Of a stretch of DNA of 52,749 nt, positions 7,283 to 19,423 are shown in pieces. A program made the position numbers and the translations under genes. Source of the DNA: Chloroflexota bacterium (GTDB lineage: Bacteria > Chloroflexota > Dehalococcoidia > SM23-28-2 > RBG-16-64-32); assembly GCA_022561095.1 (NCBI GenBank), contig JADFRV010000001.1, positions 11,243 to 63,991 on the forward strand, in the 5' to 3' direction. Position 1 is the stretch's first letter. The number at the start of each line of letters is the position of its first letter. The notes beneath the pieces were generated by a model. The model was not told where the DNA came from. It saw nothing but the letters and a program-made list of their open reading frames with translations, and did not search any database.

Positions 7283-8159
7283 GGCGAGGGTAGGCGTCAT
7301 CGGCGGCAGCGGCTTCTACCAGATGGACGGCCTCACCGACGCCGATGAACTGCACGTCGATACGCCCTACGGCGAGCCCAGCAGCGCCATCGTCTTGGGA
7401 ACGCTGGAAGGTGAGCGCATCGCCTTCCTGTCCAGGCACGGGCCCGGCCACCGCATCCTGCCTCAGGAGCTACCGGACAGGGCCAACATCTACGCTATGA
7501 AGACCCTGGGCGTGGAGACCATCGTCGGCGTCAGCGCGGTGGGCAGCCTGCGAGAGGAGATCAAGCCCCTGCACCTGCTGGTGCCGGACCAGATCATCGA
7601 CCGCACGCGGGGGCGGCGACCTTCTACCTTCTTCGGCGAGGGGCTTGTCGCCCACATCAGCTTCGCTGACCCGTTCTGCCCGGAGCTGCGGCCGGCTCTG
7701 ATCGCCTCGGCGCGAGAGGCGGGAGCGACGGCCCACAGCGGCGGCACTTACGTGGCGGTCGAGGGGCCGGCCTTCTCCACACGGGCCGAATCGAACCTCT
7801 ACCGCACCTGGGGCGCGGACGTCATCGGCATGACGGCGCTGCCGGAGGCCAAGCTGGCCCGCGAGGCCGAGATATGCTACGCCATTCTGGCCTGCGCGAC
7901 AGACTACGACTGCTGGCACGACGACGAGGCGGATGTCACGGCGGACCTGATCGTGGCCAACCTCCAAAAGAACGTTGCGGTGTCCCAGGAGGCCGTGCGG
8001 CTGTTCCTTCGCCGCCTGCCATCTGAGCGACAGTGTGGCTGCCGGAGCGCTCTCGCGAACGCCCTGGTGACCCCTCTCGATCTCGTCCCTCCGGCCACCC
8101 TGGCGAGGCTGGAGCCACTGATAGCAAAGTACGTAACAGCGGCAGGAAAGGCGCGCTGA
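7275..8159 (+). CDS. mtnP: S-methyl-5'-thioadenosine phosphorylase
   Basis: GTG start overlaps the mtnA stop (GTGGCTGA). Contains VGVIGGSGFYQMDGL, TPYGEPS, FLSRHGPGH and NIYAMKTLGV. Confidence 0.9.
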   Translation: MAEARVGVIGGSGFYQMDGLTDADELHVDTPYGEPSSAIVLGTLEGERIAFLSRHGPGHRILPQELPDRANIYAMKTLGVETIVGVSAVGSLREEIKPLHLLVPDQIIDRTRGRRPSTFFGEGLVAHISFADPFCPELRPALIASAREAGATAHSGGTYVAVEGPAFSTRAESNLYRTWGADVIGMTALPEAKLAREAEICYAILACATDYDCWHDDEADVTADLIVANLQKNVAVSQEAVRLFLRRLPSERQCGCRSALANALVTPLDLVPPATLARLEPLIAKYVTAAGKAR

Positions 8160-9055
8160 TGGTCGATACCGCCCTCCCCAACGACCGGCAAGCAGCCAGC
8201 GCTGAATACAGCGTCGAGCGGTTGGTCAGCCCCGCGGCCATTCGCCCCCTGCTGGTCCCCGAGGGCGCCTACGCGGCCTACGCCCTCGCCCAGTTGGCGC
8301 CGCCGTTTCTCGCCCATAGTGAGTGGTGGTCGGCAAGCGGCCCTGCCGGACGCGCCCTCGTCCTCCACTCACGGGGAGGCCTGGGCCGCGCCATGGTCAC
8401 TCTGGGCGACGCGACGGCGCTCGACGCCCTCCTGAGACTCCACCCGGGACCGCGGTTCTCGTTCGCCAGCTTGCGGCCGGAGCATAGGGAAGTGCTGCAG
8501 CGCTACTTCATTCTCATCCGCAACGAGCCTATGGTGCGTATGTCCGTCACCAAGGAGACGTTCAGACCCGTGGAGGGAGAAACGTCACGGCTGCTTGGAC
8601 GAGACATCGGCCGCATCAACCGGCTGTACGCAGCCGAGGGAGGCCCGGCCTCCTACACGTCACGCCACGTGGATCAGGGCGTATACTACGGGATCATCGC
8701 AAACGGGAAACTGGTCAGTATCGCGGGGACGCACGTGAATTCTCCCGGGGAGCGTATAGCGGTGGCAGGAAACGTGTTCACTCATCCCCTCCACCGCGGC
8801 GGCGGCCTGGCCACCATCGCTACCAGCGCCGTGACCCACGCTCTGCTGGAGCACTGCGACCTCGTCGCTCTGACCGTGGAGGTCAGCAACACGTCAGCCC
8901 TTGCGGTATACGACAAGCTGGGATACCGTCAAGAGTGCACCCTGTATGAGACGCCGGCGGTCCGCAAGGACGCGCTGGGGCTGGCCAGCGGCCTGCGCCG
9001 TCTGGCCGCCGGCTGGCGCGGCCGCCACCAGGGCAAGGAGATAGTATTTCGATGA
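8159..9055 (+). CDS. GNAT-family N-acetyltransferase (two-part, substrate unknown)
   Basis: ATG at 8159 overlaps the mtnP stop (ATGA). C-terminal GNAT motif A is VFTHPLHRGGGLATIATSAV. The N-terminal ~150 aa are unassigned. Confidence 0.75.
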   Translation: MVDTALPNDRQAASAEYSVERLVSPAAIRPLLVPEGAYAAYALAQLAPPFLAHSEWWSASGPAGRALVLHSRGGLGRAMVTLGDATALDALLRLHPGPRFSFASLRPEHREVLQRYFILIRNEPMVRMSVTKETFRPVEGETSRLLGRDIGRINRLYAAEGGPASYTSRHVDQGVYYGIIANGKLVSIAGTHVNSPGERIAVAGNVFTHPLHRGGGLATIATSAVTHALLEHCDLVALTVEVSNTSALAVYDKLGYRQECTLYETPAVRKDALGLASGLRRLAAGWRGRHQGKEIVFR

Positions 9056-9644
9056 CCAAGACGGTGGGAATCGTTCTCTTCCCAGGAGTTGAAGAACTGG
9101 ATTTCGTGGGCCCCTACGAGGTCTTTGGTGGCCTGACCTTTCAGGACCACGACTGGCGTGTGATCACTATCTCTGAAGCCGGGGACAGCGTTAAGGCTGC
9201 GAACGGGCTGAGCATCAACGTGGACCACAGCTTTGATGACGCTCCGCGGCTGGATGTGCTGCTCCTGCCGGGCGGTCTAAGCACCCGCAAAGAAGTAGAT
9301 AACCTCCGCATGATCGAGTTCGTACAGAGGGCCGGAAAAGAGGCTTCTTACGTGACCTCCGTCTGCACTGGGGCCTTTATCCTGCACAGGGCAGGGTTTC
9401 TCTTCGGCAAGCGGGCTACTACGCACTGGGGCGCCGTTCAAGGGCTCCGGGAACTAGGCGACGTGGAGGTGGTGAGCGAGCGGTTCGTCCACGATGGCTC
9501 CGTAATCACCTCGGCCGGCGTATCCGCAGGCATCGACATGGCGCTGTACCTTGTGAGCCTGCTCAAGGACGCGCAGACGGCCAAGAACGTGCAGAAGATG
9601 ATGGAGTACTACCCACAACCTCCCTCGTTTGAAGAGGCGCCCGT

Positions 9645-9648
<4 letters not shown>
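9052..9648 (+). CDS. DJ-1/PfpI family protein (class I glutamine-amidotransferase-like fold)
   Basis: 198 aa. ATGA overlap with the GNAT gene. Nucleophile-elbow motif is YVTSVCTGAFILHRAG, and the N-terminus VGIVLFPGVEELDFVGPYEVF is typical of the family. Confidence 0.85.
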
Positions 9649-11647
<1,999 letters not shown>

Positions 11648-11663
11648 GCAAGGAGGAAGCACA

Positions 11664-12872
11664 ATGACGATGACGTTCATGAGCTCACCGTCTCTGTACA
11701 TGACCTCGGAGTCTGTCACGGAGGGCCACCCTGACAAGCTCTGTGACCAGATTGCGGACGCCATCCTGGACGAGATCCTCGCCCATGACCCCACTGCTCA
11801 CGTGGCCTGCGAGGTGACGACCACTACCGGCCTCGTGGTCATCCTGGGCGAAATCTCCACAGCCCATCACGTGGATTACACGGGCATTGCACGCCAGGTC
11901 ATCCGCGACGTCGGCTACACGAAGCCGGAGTACGGATTCGAAGGCGATAGCTGCGGCGTCATCGTCTCCATCAAAGAGCAATCACGGGAGATATCGGCTG
12001 CCGTCGGGACCGATGAGGGCGCCGGCGACCAGGGGATCATGATGGGCTTCGCCTGCACGGAGACGGAGGAGCTGATGCCGCTGCCGATAGACCTGGCCCA
12101 TCGCCTCTGCTTCCGGCTGGCCGAATGCCGAAAACAAGGGATCCTCCCCTACCTGCGGCCGGACGGCAAGTCGCAGGTGACCGTGGAGTACTCCTACGGC
12201 GTCCCCAAGCGGGTGCAGGCGGCGGTCATCGCCGCGCAGCATGACCCCGGCGTGGACGGCAAACAGCTCTGGGACGAAGTGACGAAACAGGTCATCCGCC
12301 CCGTGCTCGGCAATTGGCTGGACGACCGTACGGACATCCACGTCAACAGCAGCGGCTCCTTCATCCTGGGCGGGCCGGCGGCGGACTCCGGGCTCTCCGG
12401 CCGCAAGAACATCGTCGATACGTATGGGGGCATAGGCCGCCACGGCGGCGGCTCCTACTCCGGCAAGGACCCCTCCAAGGTGGACCGCTCGGCCTCCTAC
12501 GCCGCCCGCTACGTTGCCAAGAACCTGGTAGCGGCCGGTCTGGCGGACCGCGTGGAGGTGGAGCTGTCCTACGCCATCGGCCACCCTCAGCCCCTGGGAA
12601 CCTCCATCGAGACGTTTGGCACTCACAAGTTCGACCACGGCGGCATCGAGAAGCTGGTCAAGGAGCACTTCGACCTCAGTCCCCAGGCGATCATCCGCGA
12701 CCTAGACCTGCGCCGGCCGATCTACCGGGCGACCTCAGCCTACGGCCACTTCGGCCGCAGCGACATCGACGCCCCCTGGGAGCGGACCGACAAGGCGGAG
12801 GCGCTGCGGCAGGCGGCGGGCCTGCCCGCGCAGGAAGCGGAGCCGACTGTCGGCCAGAGGCAACGCGCGTAG
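11664..12872 (+). CDS. metK: S-adenosylmethionine synthetase
   Basis: 402 aa. AAGGAGG RBS. Contains [23 protein letters not shown] and [19 protein letters not shown]. Confidence 0.95.
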   Translation: MTMTFMSSPSLYMTSESVTEGHPDKLCDQIADAILDEILAHDPTAHVACEVTTTTGLVVILGEISTAHHVDYTGIARQVIRDVGYTKPEYGFEGDSCGVIVSIKEQSREISAAVGTDEGAGDQGIMMGFACTETEELMPLPIDLAHRLCFRLAECRKQGILPYLRPDGKSQVTVEYSYGVPKRVQAAVIAAQHDPGVDGKQLWDEVTKQVIRPVLGNWLDDRTDIHVNSSGSFILGGPAADSGLSGRKNIVDTYGGIGRHGGGSYSGKDPSKVDRSASYAARYVAKNLVAAGLADRVEVELSYAIGHPQPLGTSIETFGTHKFDHGGIEKLVKEHFDLSPQAIIRDLDLRRPIYRATSAYGHFGRSDIDAPWERTDKAEALRQAAGLPAQEAEPTVGQRQRA

Positions 12873-12878
12873 CCAGCC

Positions 12879-13589
12879 GTGTACGCCCTAATCGTCGCCG
12901 GCGGCGAGGGCGAGCGGCTGCGGCCCCTCACCGACGAGCGGCCCAAACCGATGATCGAGGTGGCCGGCAAGCCTATCCTGGAGTACCAGATTCGCTGGCT
13001 CGCCGGTCAGGGCGTCAGCGACGTAGTCCTCCTGTGCGGCTACAAGGCGGAGGTCATCCAGGACCACTTCAGGGACGGCTCGCGCTTCAGGCTTCGCATC
13101 CAGTACTCCCTGGAGGATGAGCCCCTGGGCCGTGGCGGCGCCCTTAAGCTGGGCTCTCGCCTACTGCCCCCGAACGAGGATACAGCCATCGCCCTGAACG
13201 GCGATATCCTGACCAATCAGCCGCTGACGCCCCTGCTGCGCTATCACCGGCGCAAGAACGCCACCGCCACCGTCATGCTCACCCGTCTGCGCAGCCCCTA
13301 CGGCGTCGCCCGCCAGGACAGGGCCGGCCACATCGTCGCGTTCGAGGAGAAGCCGCTGCTGCCCCACTGGATAAACGCCGGCCTGTACGTCCTCACGCCG
13401 GAGTTCTTCCGCCGCCTCCCTGAGCGGGGCGACCACGAGACGACAACCTTCCCCGAGCTGGCGGCCGAGGGGCAGCTGTTCGGCTATCGCAGCCGCGCCT
13501 ACTGGCGGACGGTGGACACCTTTAAGGACCTGACGGAGGCCGCCGCGGAGGTGGGGCAGCTTAGGCCAGAGACAGAGACCGCGGTATGA
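12879..13589 (+). CDS. Sugar-1-phosphate nucleotidylyltransferase (mannose-1-phosphate guanylyltransferase-like)
   Basis: 236 aa with a GTG start 6 nt after the metK stop. N-terminal motif ALIVAGGEGERLRPLTDERPKPMIEVAGKPIL. Confidence 0.85.
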   Translation: MYALIVAGGEGERLRPLTDERPKPMIEVAGKPILEYQIRWLAGQGVSDVVLLCGYKAEVIQDHFRDGSRFRLRIQYSLEDEPLGRGGALKLGSRLLPPNEDTAIALNGDILTNQPLTPLLRYHRRKNATATVMLTRLRSPYGVARQDRAGHIVAFEEKPLLPHWINAGLYVLTPEFFRRLPERGDHETTTFPELAAEGQLFGYRSRAYWRTVDTFKDLTEAAAEVGQLRPETETAV

Positions 13590-15007
13590 CCGGGTCACCC
13601 ATCCGTTTCGGCACCGACGGCTGGCGGGCCGTCATCGGTGACGAGTTCACGTTCGAGAACGTACGCGCCTGCGCCCAAGCCACCGCCCTGCAGGTACAGG
13701 AGACCGGGCTCGCCGATCGCGGCATGGTTGTCGGATACGACACGCGGTTCGCCTCCGAGGAGTTCGCCGCCGCCGCCGCCGAGGTGCTGGCCGCCAACGG
13801 TATCCCCGTATACCTGTGCGACCGTCCGGCGCCGACGCCGGTGATAGGCTACGCCATCCTCCAACGCAAGGCAGCCGGGTCGGTGGTCATCACGGCCAGC
13901 CACAACCCGTCGCAGTACTCCGGCTTCAAGGTGCGAACGGAGTACGCGGGCGCCGCTCCGCCGGAGGTGCTGACCCGCATCGAAGCGCTCCTGGCGCGCA
14001 GCGGCCGGGCGCCCCGCCTGCCCCTGGCTGAGGCGAAGGCGAAGGGTCTGGTGGAGACGTTCGACCCGCAGCCTGAATACCTGGCCCACGTGTCGGAGCT
14101 GGTTGAGTTGGGGAGCCTGCGGGCGGCCGGACTGCGGGTGGTGGTGGACTCCATGCACGGCGCCGGCGCCGGCTACCTGCGCCGGCTCCTCGCGGGAGGC
14201 AAGACTCGAATCTGGGAGGTGCGGTCGGCGCGCAACCCGGCTTTCCCGGGTATGCACAACCCGGAACCGATCCCCCGCAACCTTTCGCCGCTGCGGCGTG
14301 CCGTCCGCCGCCACCGCGCACAGGTAGGCCTGGCCACGGACGGAGACGCCGACCGCCTGGGCGTCCTCGACGGTGAAGGGCGGTTCGTCAACCAGCTTCA
14401 GACGTTCGCTCTGCTGACCTACTACCTGCTGGAGGTACGTGGCCTGCGCGGGCCGATCATCAAATCGTTGACCACCACGGGCATGGTCCCACGGCTGGGC
14501 GAGCTGTACGGCGTACCGGTGCACGAGACCGCCGTCGGCTTCAAACACCTGGGCCCCAAGATGCGCGAAACGGACGCCATCATCGCCGGAGAGGAGTCCG
14601 GGGGCTACGCCTTCCGTGGCCACCTGCCGGAGCGAGACGGTATCCTCTCCGGGCTGTACTTCCTGGACCTGATGGCGCGGCGACGCAAGGGCGCCGCCGA
14701 CCTCGTGGCGGAGTTGTTCGATAAGGTGGGGCCGCACTACTACGATCGCGTAGACATCGAGATGTCGCCGCAGGAGCGAACGCGGATGGAGTCGAGACTG
14801 GAGGGGCTGCGCCCGAAGAGCATCGCCGGCATGAAGGTGACGGCCATCGACCGCAAGGACGGCCTGCGCTTCCGCCTGGATGACGGCGCCTGGGCCTTGA
14901 TCCGCCTGTCCGGCACGGAACCGCTTATGCGCATCTACACGGAGGTGCCCCGGGAAGAGCTGGTGGCCAAGGTGCTGAGCGAAGTCCGTGAGCTGACCGG
15001 TGTCTGA
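13586..15007 (+). CDS. Phosphomannomutase/phosphoglucomutase
   Basis: 473 aa. ATGA overlap. Active-site loop ITASHNPSQYSGFK, Mg site LATDGDADR, sugar loop GEESGG. Confidence 0.9.
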   Translation: MTGSPIRFGTDGWRAVIGDEFTFENVRACAQATALQVQETGLADRGMVVGYDTRFASEEFAAAAAEVLAANGIPVYLCDRPAPTPVIGYAILQRKAAGSVVITASHNPSQYSGFKVRTEYAGAAPPEVLTRIEALLARSGRAPRLPLAEAKAKGLVETFDPQPEYLAHVSELVELGSLRAAGLRVVVDSMHGAGAGYLRRLLAGGKTRIWEVRSARNPAFPGMHNPEPIPRNLSPLRRAVRRHRAQVGLATDGDADRLGVLDGEGRFVNQLQTFALLTYYLLEVRGLRGPIIKSLTTTGMVPRLGELYGVPVHETAVGFKHLGPKMRETDAIIAGEESGGYAFRGHLPERDGILSGLYFLDLMARRRKGAADLVAELFDKVGPHYYDRVDIEMSPQERTRMESRLEGLRPKSIAGMKVTAIDRKDGLRFRLDDGAWALIRLSGTEPLMRIYTEVPREELVAKVLSEVRELTGV

Positions 15008-16073
15008 CCTCCACATCCTCGACGACGCCGAAGCACGCGCCCGCCTGGACCCCGGGGGCATGGGCGCCGCCGTCCGCGACTTGCCGGACCAGTGCCGCGA
15101 CGCCTGGGAGGAGGCCCGCCGCCTGGAACTGCCCCCAGCCTATCGTGAGATCGAGCGGATCGTCATCCTGGGCATGGGAGGCTCCGCCATAGCCGGCGAT
15201 CTCCTCCGGCTGCTGCTCGCGCGTGAATGCCCCGTACCGGTGCTGAACCAGCGCCACTACGATCTGCCGCCCTACGTGGACGACCGCACGCTGCTCATCG
15301 CCTCCAGCTTCAGCGGCAACACGGAGGAGACGCTATCGGCGTTCCAGCAGGGGCTCGCCACGCCGGCCAAGAAGCTGGTGCTGACCACCGGCGGCAGTCT
15401 GCTGACGACGGCCCGCGCCAACGGCGTCCCCGCCTTCGTCTTCCAGTTCCGCGGCGAGCCCCGCGCGGCGTTCGGCTACGGCCTGATGCCCCTGCTGGCC
15501 GTCGCGGAGACGCTGGGCCTTATGCAGGGCGTCGCGCGGGATGTGGACGAGACGCTCTCGGCGATGGAGTCGCTCCGTTCGCGCATCGGGGAGGAGGTGC
15601 CGCTGGCGGAGAACGCCGCCAAGCAGCTCGCGGGCAGACTGACCGGGCGGCTGCCCGTGATCTACGGCGCCGAACTGCTGACCGAAGTCGCGCACCGCTG
15701 GAAGACCCAGCTCAACGAATCGTCTAAAGTCTGGGCGTTCTACGAGCAGCTCCCGGAGGCTAGCCACAACGCCCTCGTCTCCTTCTTGCTGCCCAAGGAG
15801 GTAGCCCGGCTGGTGTTCGTTGTGTACCTGCGATCGCCCGACATGCACCCACGGGTGGCGCTTCACTACGAGTTTAGCCAGAAGGCACTGGCCGAGGCGG
15901 GGGTGGAGTACGCGGAGGTGCAGGCGGAGGGCAAGAGCGCCCTGGCGCAGGCTATGACCTCTGTCCTGATGGGCGACTACGTGAGCTACTACGCGGCGCT
16001 GCTGAACGGCGTCGATCCCACGCCCACGACGGACATCGACAACCTGAAAGCCTGGCTGGCGCGGCAGAAGTAG
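15000..16073 (+). CDS. Bifunctional phosphoglucose/phosphomannose isomerase (SIS-domain PGI/PMI)
   Basis: 357 aa. GTG start overlaps the preceding stop by 8 nt. Has the SIS pattern ILGMGGSAIAGDLL and IASSFSGNTEET. Confidence 0.82.
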   Translation: MSDLHILDDAEARARLDPGGMGAAVRDLPDQCRDAWEEARRLELPPAYREIERIVILGMGGSAIAGDLLRLLLARECPVPVLNQRHYDLPPYVDDRTLLIASSFSGNTEETLSAFQQGLATPAKKLVLTTGGSLLTTARANGVPAFVFQFRGEPRAAFGYGLMPLLAVAETLGLMQGVARDVDETLSAMESLRSRIGEEVPLAENAAKQLAGRLTGRLPVIYGAELLTEVAHRWKTQLNESSKVWAFYEQLPEASHNALVSFLLPKEVARLVFVVYLRSPDMHPRVALHYEFSQKALAEAGVEYAEVQAEGKSALAQAMTSVLMGDYVSYYAALLNGVDPTPTTDIDNLKAWLARQK

Positions 16074-16100
16074 AACGGCTACCTGCGGACAGCCTCCGGC

Positions 16101-16529
16101 TTACCGCTTGGTGTACTGCGGCGCCTTGCGGGCGCGCTTAAGGCCGGGCTTCTTGCGCTCCTTCACCCGTGGATCACGGGTAAGGAGGCCGGCTTTGCGC
16201 AGGGACGGTCTGAGGCCGCTGTCGAAGGCGAGGAGGGCGCGCGTCATCCCGTGCGCCAACGCGTCGGCCCAGGCGGAGATGCCGCCCCCCGCGATCTTGG
16301 CATGAACGTTGAAGCGACCCTCGGTATCAGTCGTAGACAGAGGTAGGCGCACCTTGGCGTGGTGCAGCTCCCGTGTGAACACCTCCTGAAACGGCTTGCC
16401 GTTCACGAAGATGGTACCGGAGCCGGAATAGAGCCGCACCTGGGCCACAGCCGATTTCCGTTTTCCCGTGCCGCCAAAGTAATGCTCGCCCGCTGGGACG
16501 ATGATCGCGTCGGTCTTTTCTTCGGTCAT
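16101..16529 (-). CDS. rpsI: 30S ribosomal protein S9 (uS9)
   Basis: 142 aa. Contains GGGISAWADALAHGMTRAL and the C-terminus RDPRVKERKKPGLKRARKAPQYTKR. Confidence 0.95.
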   Translation of the reverse strand: MTEEKTDAIIVPAGEHYFGGTGKRKSAVAQVRLYSGSGTIFVNGKPFQEVFTRELHHAKVRLPLSTTDTEGRFNVHAKIAGGGISAWADALAHGMTRALLAFDSGLRPSLRKAGLLTRDPRVKERKKPGLKRARKAPQYTKR

Positions 16530-16984
16530 GATTGTTGCTCCCTGCTGGCTGCGGTCTCCCTCTTGCGGGAGGCGTTGACCTGCGCCTGGTGTGGGTGATC
16601 GGGACCGGCGTACACCTTGAGGTGCCGGAGGACGTGACGGTTGAGACGGTTACGGGGGAGCATGCCGCGCACCGCCAGCTCAATGACACGCTCAGGGTGG
16701 CGCTCCATCATCCTGCTAAGGCTGGTCGTCTTGAGACCGCCCATATAGCCCGTATGCCTATAGTACGTCTTGTCTTCCATCTTGTTTCCGGTAACTCGCA
16801 CCTTATCGGCATTCACCACCACCACAAAGTCGCCCATGTCCAGGTGGGCGGAGTATGTGGGCTTGTGCTTGCCCATAAGGAAGCCGGCCACCTGGGTAGC
16901 GAGACGTCCCAACACCTGGCCTGTGGCGTCCACCACCTGCCAGCGCTTATCGATCTCGCCGCCCTTCAGGCTATACGTCCTCAT
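16526..16984 (-). CDS. rplM: 50S ribosomal protein L13 (uL13)
   Basis: MRTYSLKGGEIDKRWQVVDATGQVLGRLAT aligns with L13 N-termini. The ORF-track start at 17014 would add 10 aa and a longer overlap with truA. Confidence 0.93.
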   Translation of the reverse strand: MRTYSLKGGEIDKRWQVVDATGQVLGRLATQVAGFLMGKHKPTYSAHLDMGDFVVVVNADKVRVTGNKMEDKTYYRHTGYMGGLKTTSLSRMMERHPERVIELAVRGMLPRNRLNRHVLRHLKVYAGPDHPHQAQVNASRKRETAASREQQS

Positions 16985-17765
16985 CCGTTTCATCGTCAAA
17001 CAACCCATCCTCATAGCGAACCTTCATCAGGCAGAGCCCGCGCGCCGGCGCTGTAAAGCTCGCGGCCCCCGGCTTTGCCTCTCGGAGGAGACTCCCGAAC
17101 TCTCCCGCCGAGCGCCTGCCTCTTCCCACCTCCACCAGCGACCCTACTATACGACGTACCTGATGAGGAAGGAAAGCGTTCGCCTCCACATCCACCAGGA
17201 TGCGGCGGCCGCAGCGCTTCACCTCCGCCCGCGTCATCCGTCGGCAAGTGCTCCGCCGACCGGCGAAAGAAGGCTGCGTGAACGCGGCAAAGTCATGCTC
17301 ACCCACGAGAGAAGCGGCCGCCTCAGCCATCGCATCCGCGTCCAGCGGCGCCGCTACCTGCCAGACAACGGCTCGCATGAGCGCAGGCCGTTGGCGGCCG
17401 TTGTGGATGGTGTAGCGATACCAGCGGCTGACCGCCTGTCGGCGTGGGTCAAAGGTCAGAGCAACCTCTCTGACCATCCGCACCGCTATCTGCTCCGGCA
17501 GGTGATGGTTGAGAGCCCGCACGAACACATCCGGTCCGTGACGACTGCCCGAGGTGAACGCCGCCACCTGCCCTCTGGCGTGGACACCGGCATCGGTTCG
17601 CCCTGCGAGGGCCACCCTTATTGGTTCGCCTGTTAAGCTGCGCAGGGCGCGCTCAAGCGCGTCCTGTATCGTTTGCGTGTTCTTCTGGTACTGAGAGCCC
17701 CCAAAACTGGTGCCCTCGTACTCCAGGAGCAAGGCCAGCCGGCGGACTGATGCGTCCCTTACCAT
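16971..17765 (-). CDS. truA: tRNA pseudouridine(38-40) synthase
   Basis: 264 aa. Contains LLEYEGTSFGGSQYQ and the catalytic-Asp motif LAGRTDAGVHARGQV. Confidence 0.92.
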   Translation of the reverse strand: MVRDASVRRLALLLEYEGTSFGGSQYQKNTQTIQDALERALRSLTGEPIRVALAGRTDAGVHARGQVAAFTSGSRHGPDVFVRALNHHLPEQIAVRMVREVALTFDPRRQAVSRWYRYTIHNGRQRPALMRAVVWQVAAPLDADAMAEAAASLVGEHDFAAFTQPSFAGRRSTCRRMTRAEVKRCGRRILVDVEANAFLPHQVRRIVGSLVEVGRGRRSAGEFGSLLREAKPGAASFTAPARGLCLMKVRYEDGLFDDETDEDV

Positions 17766-17789
17766 CCGCCTAAGGCGGAGCAGCGCCGC

Positions 17790-18164
17790 CTAGCCCTCTT
17801 CCGCTATCATCTCCAGTTGGGCCATGCGGGCGCCATCTCCATGCCGCAACCCCAGCTTCACGACTCGCGTGTAACCGCCCGGCCTCGTCGCATAACGCTC
17901 GGCCAGGCTATCAAACACCTTCTCCACGATCTTCTTGTCGTACACGAAGCGCAGCGCTTGACGACGGGCGTGCAAGTCGCCCCGCTTGCCAAGGGTAATC
18001 ATGCGCTCGGCAAAGCCCCGCACCTCCTTCGCCTTCGCCTCCGTGGTGATGATCTTCTCGTGTCGTAGAAGATCGGTCACCAGATTGCGAAAGAGGGCCA
18101 GCCTGTGGTCGGTCGGCCTGCCTAGCTTGCGCCCGGCAATGCGGTTAGCCATCCTATTCGCCAC
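17790..18164 (-). CDS. rplQ: 50S ribosomal protein L17 (bL17)
   Basis: Contains [22 protein letters not shown]. The GTG at 18164 overlaps the rpoA stop. An alternative ATG at 18152 lies 1 nt past the rpoA stop. Confidence 0.93.
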   Translation of the reverse strand: MANRMANRIAGRKLGRPTDHRLALFRNLVTDLLRHEKIITTEAKAKEVRGFAERMITLGKRGDLHARRQALRFVYDKKIVEKVFDSLAERYATRPGGYTRVVKLGLRHGDGARMAQLEMIAEEG

Positions 18165-19413
18165 CCTCCTCGCCTGTGATCTCCATCAGCTTGCGCTTCC
18201 AATCCGGGATCTCCTCATCCTCGGCCTCAGCCTCTGCGGCCGGCTCGGCCTTCGCGGCCTTGGCGCGCTTCTTAGCCGGCGCCTCGGCCACCTCCGGCAC
18301 CTCCTCGACCGCTTCCTGTGCCTCCGTAACGGCGGGAGCGGCTTCAGCTGCCGCCTCCGTCGGGCGGGGGGCCAGAATGGGACCCTCCCCTTCCTCCAGG
18401 GGCGGCGCCTCCATCACCTCTTCCGGCTGCTCGACGGGGAGGAGGTCCATCTCGTTCAGCTTGTCCTTCAGCTCGTCGTAGGACTTGCGGCCGAAGTTGC
18501 GCAGGGAGAGAAGCTCCTCTTCGCTATTCTCCAGCACCTGGCCCACCGTCATGAGGCCGCTACGGCGCAGGCAGTTGTACGCCCGCATAGAAAGGTTTAG
18601 ATCCTCTATGGGCATATTAAACTTCTCTTGCGTAAGGACTACGCCAGCGCCCAGGCCGCGCTCCACCACCGGCAGAGGCGGCTGCCCCATGTGAGCGAAC
18701 AGCTGGAATTGCTCGATGATAATCTCAGCGCTATCGCTGACGGCATCGGCGGCGCTGATGGTGCCGTCAGTCCAGATCTCTATCTCCAAACGGTCGTAGT
18801 TGGCATCCCGACCGACGCGTGTGCGGCCAACCTTATAGTTAACCTTGCGCACCGGCGAGAACATGGCGTCCATTGGAATCACGCCCAGGGCCAGGCCATC
18901 GGCCTGGCCAGCGGGCACGTAGCCGCGGCCGGGCTCAACGTTTAGCTCCACGTGGAGCTGGCCCTTGGGCGAATCCATCGTTGCCAGGTGGAGATCCGGA
19001 TTCACCACTTCGTAGTGCTCCGGCACCTGTAGATCAGCTGCGGTGATCTCACCATCACGACCGCTGACATCCAGTACCAGCGTCCCGGGCCGGTCTGAGG
19101 CGGCCCGCAGGCGCAGCTCCTTGACGTTCAGGAGGAACTCAATCACGTCCTCCTTCACGTTTGGTATGGTGGAGAACTCGTGCTGTACGCCATCGATGCG
19201 CACAGAGGTAACCGCCGCTCCGGGAAGTGAGCTAAGGAGCACGCGCCTGAGCGCGTTCCCCAGCGTGATGCCGAAGCCGGACAGCAACGGCGCCGCGATG
19301 ACGCGGGCGAAATCCTCCCTGCTCTCCTCAACCTCGATCTGGGGTTCGAAGGACGGCTGCTCCTCCGTGGGCGGAGCAGGCACGCCACCTTGGTATACCT
19401 GAGACTCTAGCAT
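18154..19413 (-). CDS. rpoA: DNA-directed RNA polymerase subunit alpha, with ~95-aa acidic/Ala-rich C-terminal extension
   Basis: 419 aa. NTD motif [17 protein letters not shown] and CTD motif [20 protein letters not shown]. Residues ~325-419 are low complexity ([49 protein letters not shown]). Confidence 0.95.
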   Translation of the reverse strand: MLESQVYQGGVPAPPTEEQPSFEPQIEVEESREDFARVIAAPLLSGFGITLGNALRRVLLSSLPGAAVTSVRIDGVQHEFSTIPNVKEDVIEFLLNVKELRLRAASDRPGTLVLDVSGRDGEITAADLQVPEHYEVVNPDLHLATMDSPKGQLHVELNVEPGRGYVPAGQADGLALGVIPMDAMFSPVRKVNYKVGRTRVGRDANYDRLEIEIWTDGTISAADAVSDSAEIIIEQFQLFAHMGQPPLPVVERGLGAGVVLTQEKFNMPIEDLNLSMRAYNCLRRSGLMTVGQVLENSEEELLSLRNFGRKSYDELKDKLNEMDLLPVEQPEEVMEAPPLEEGEGPILAPRPTEAAAEAAPAVTEAQEAVEEVPEVAEAPAKKRAKAAKAEPAAEAEAEDEEIPDWKRKLMEITGEEGGE

Positions 19414-19423
19414 TGACTATCCC

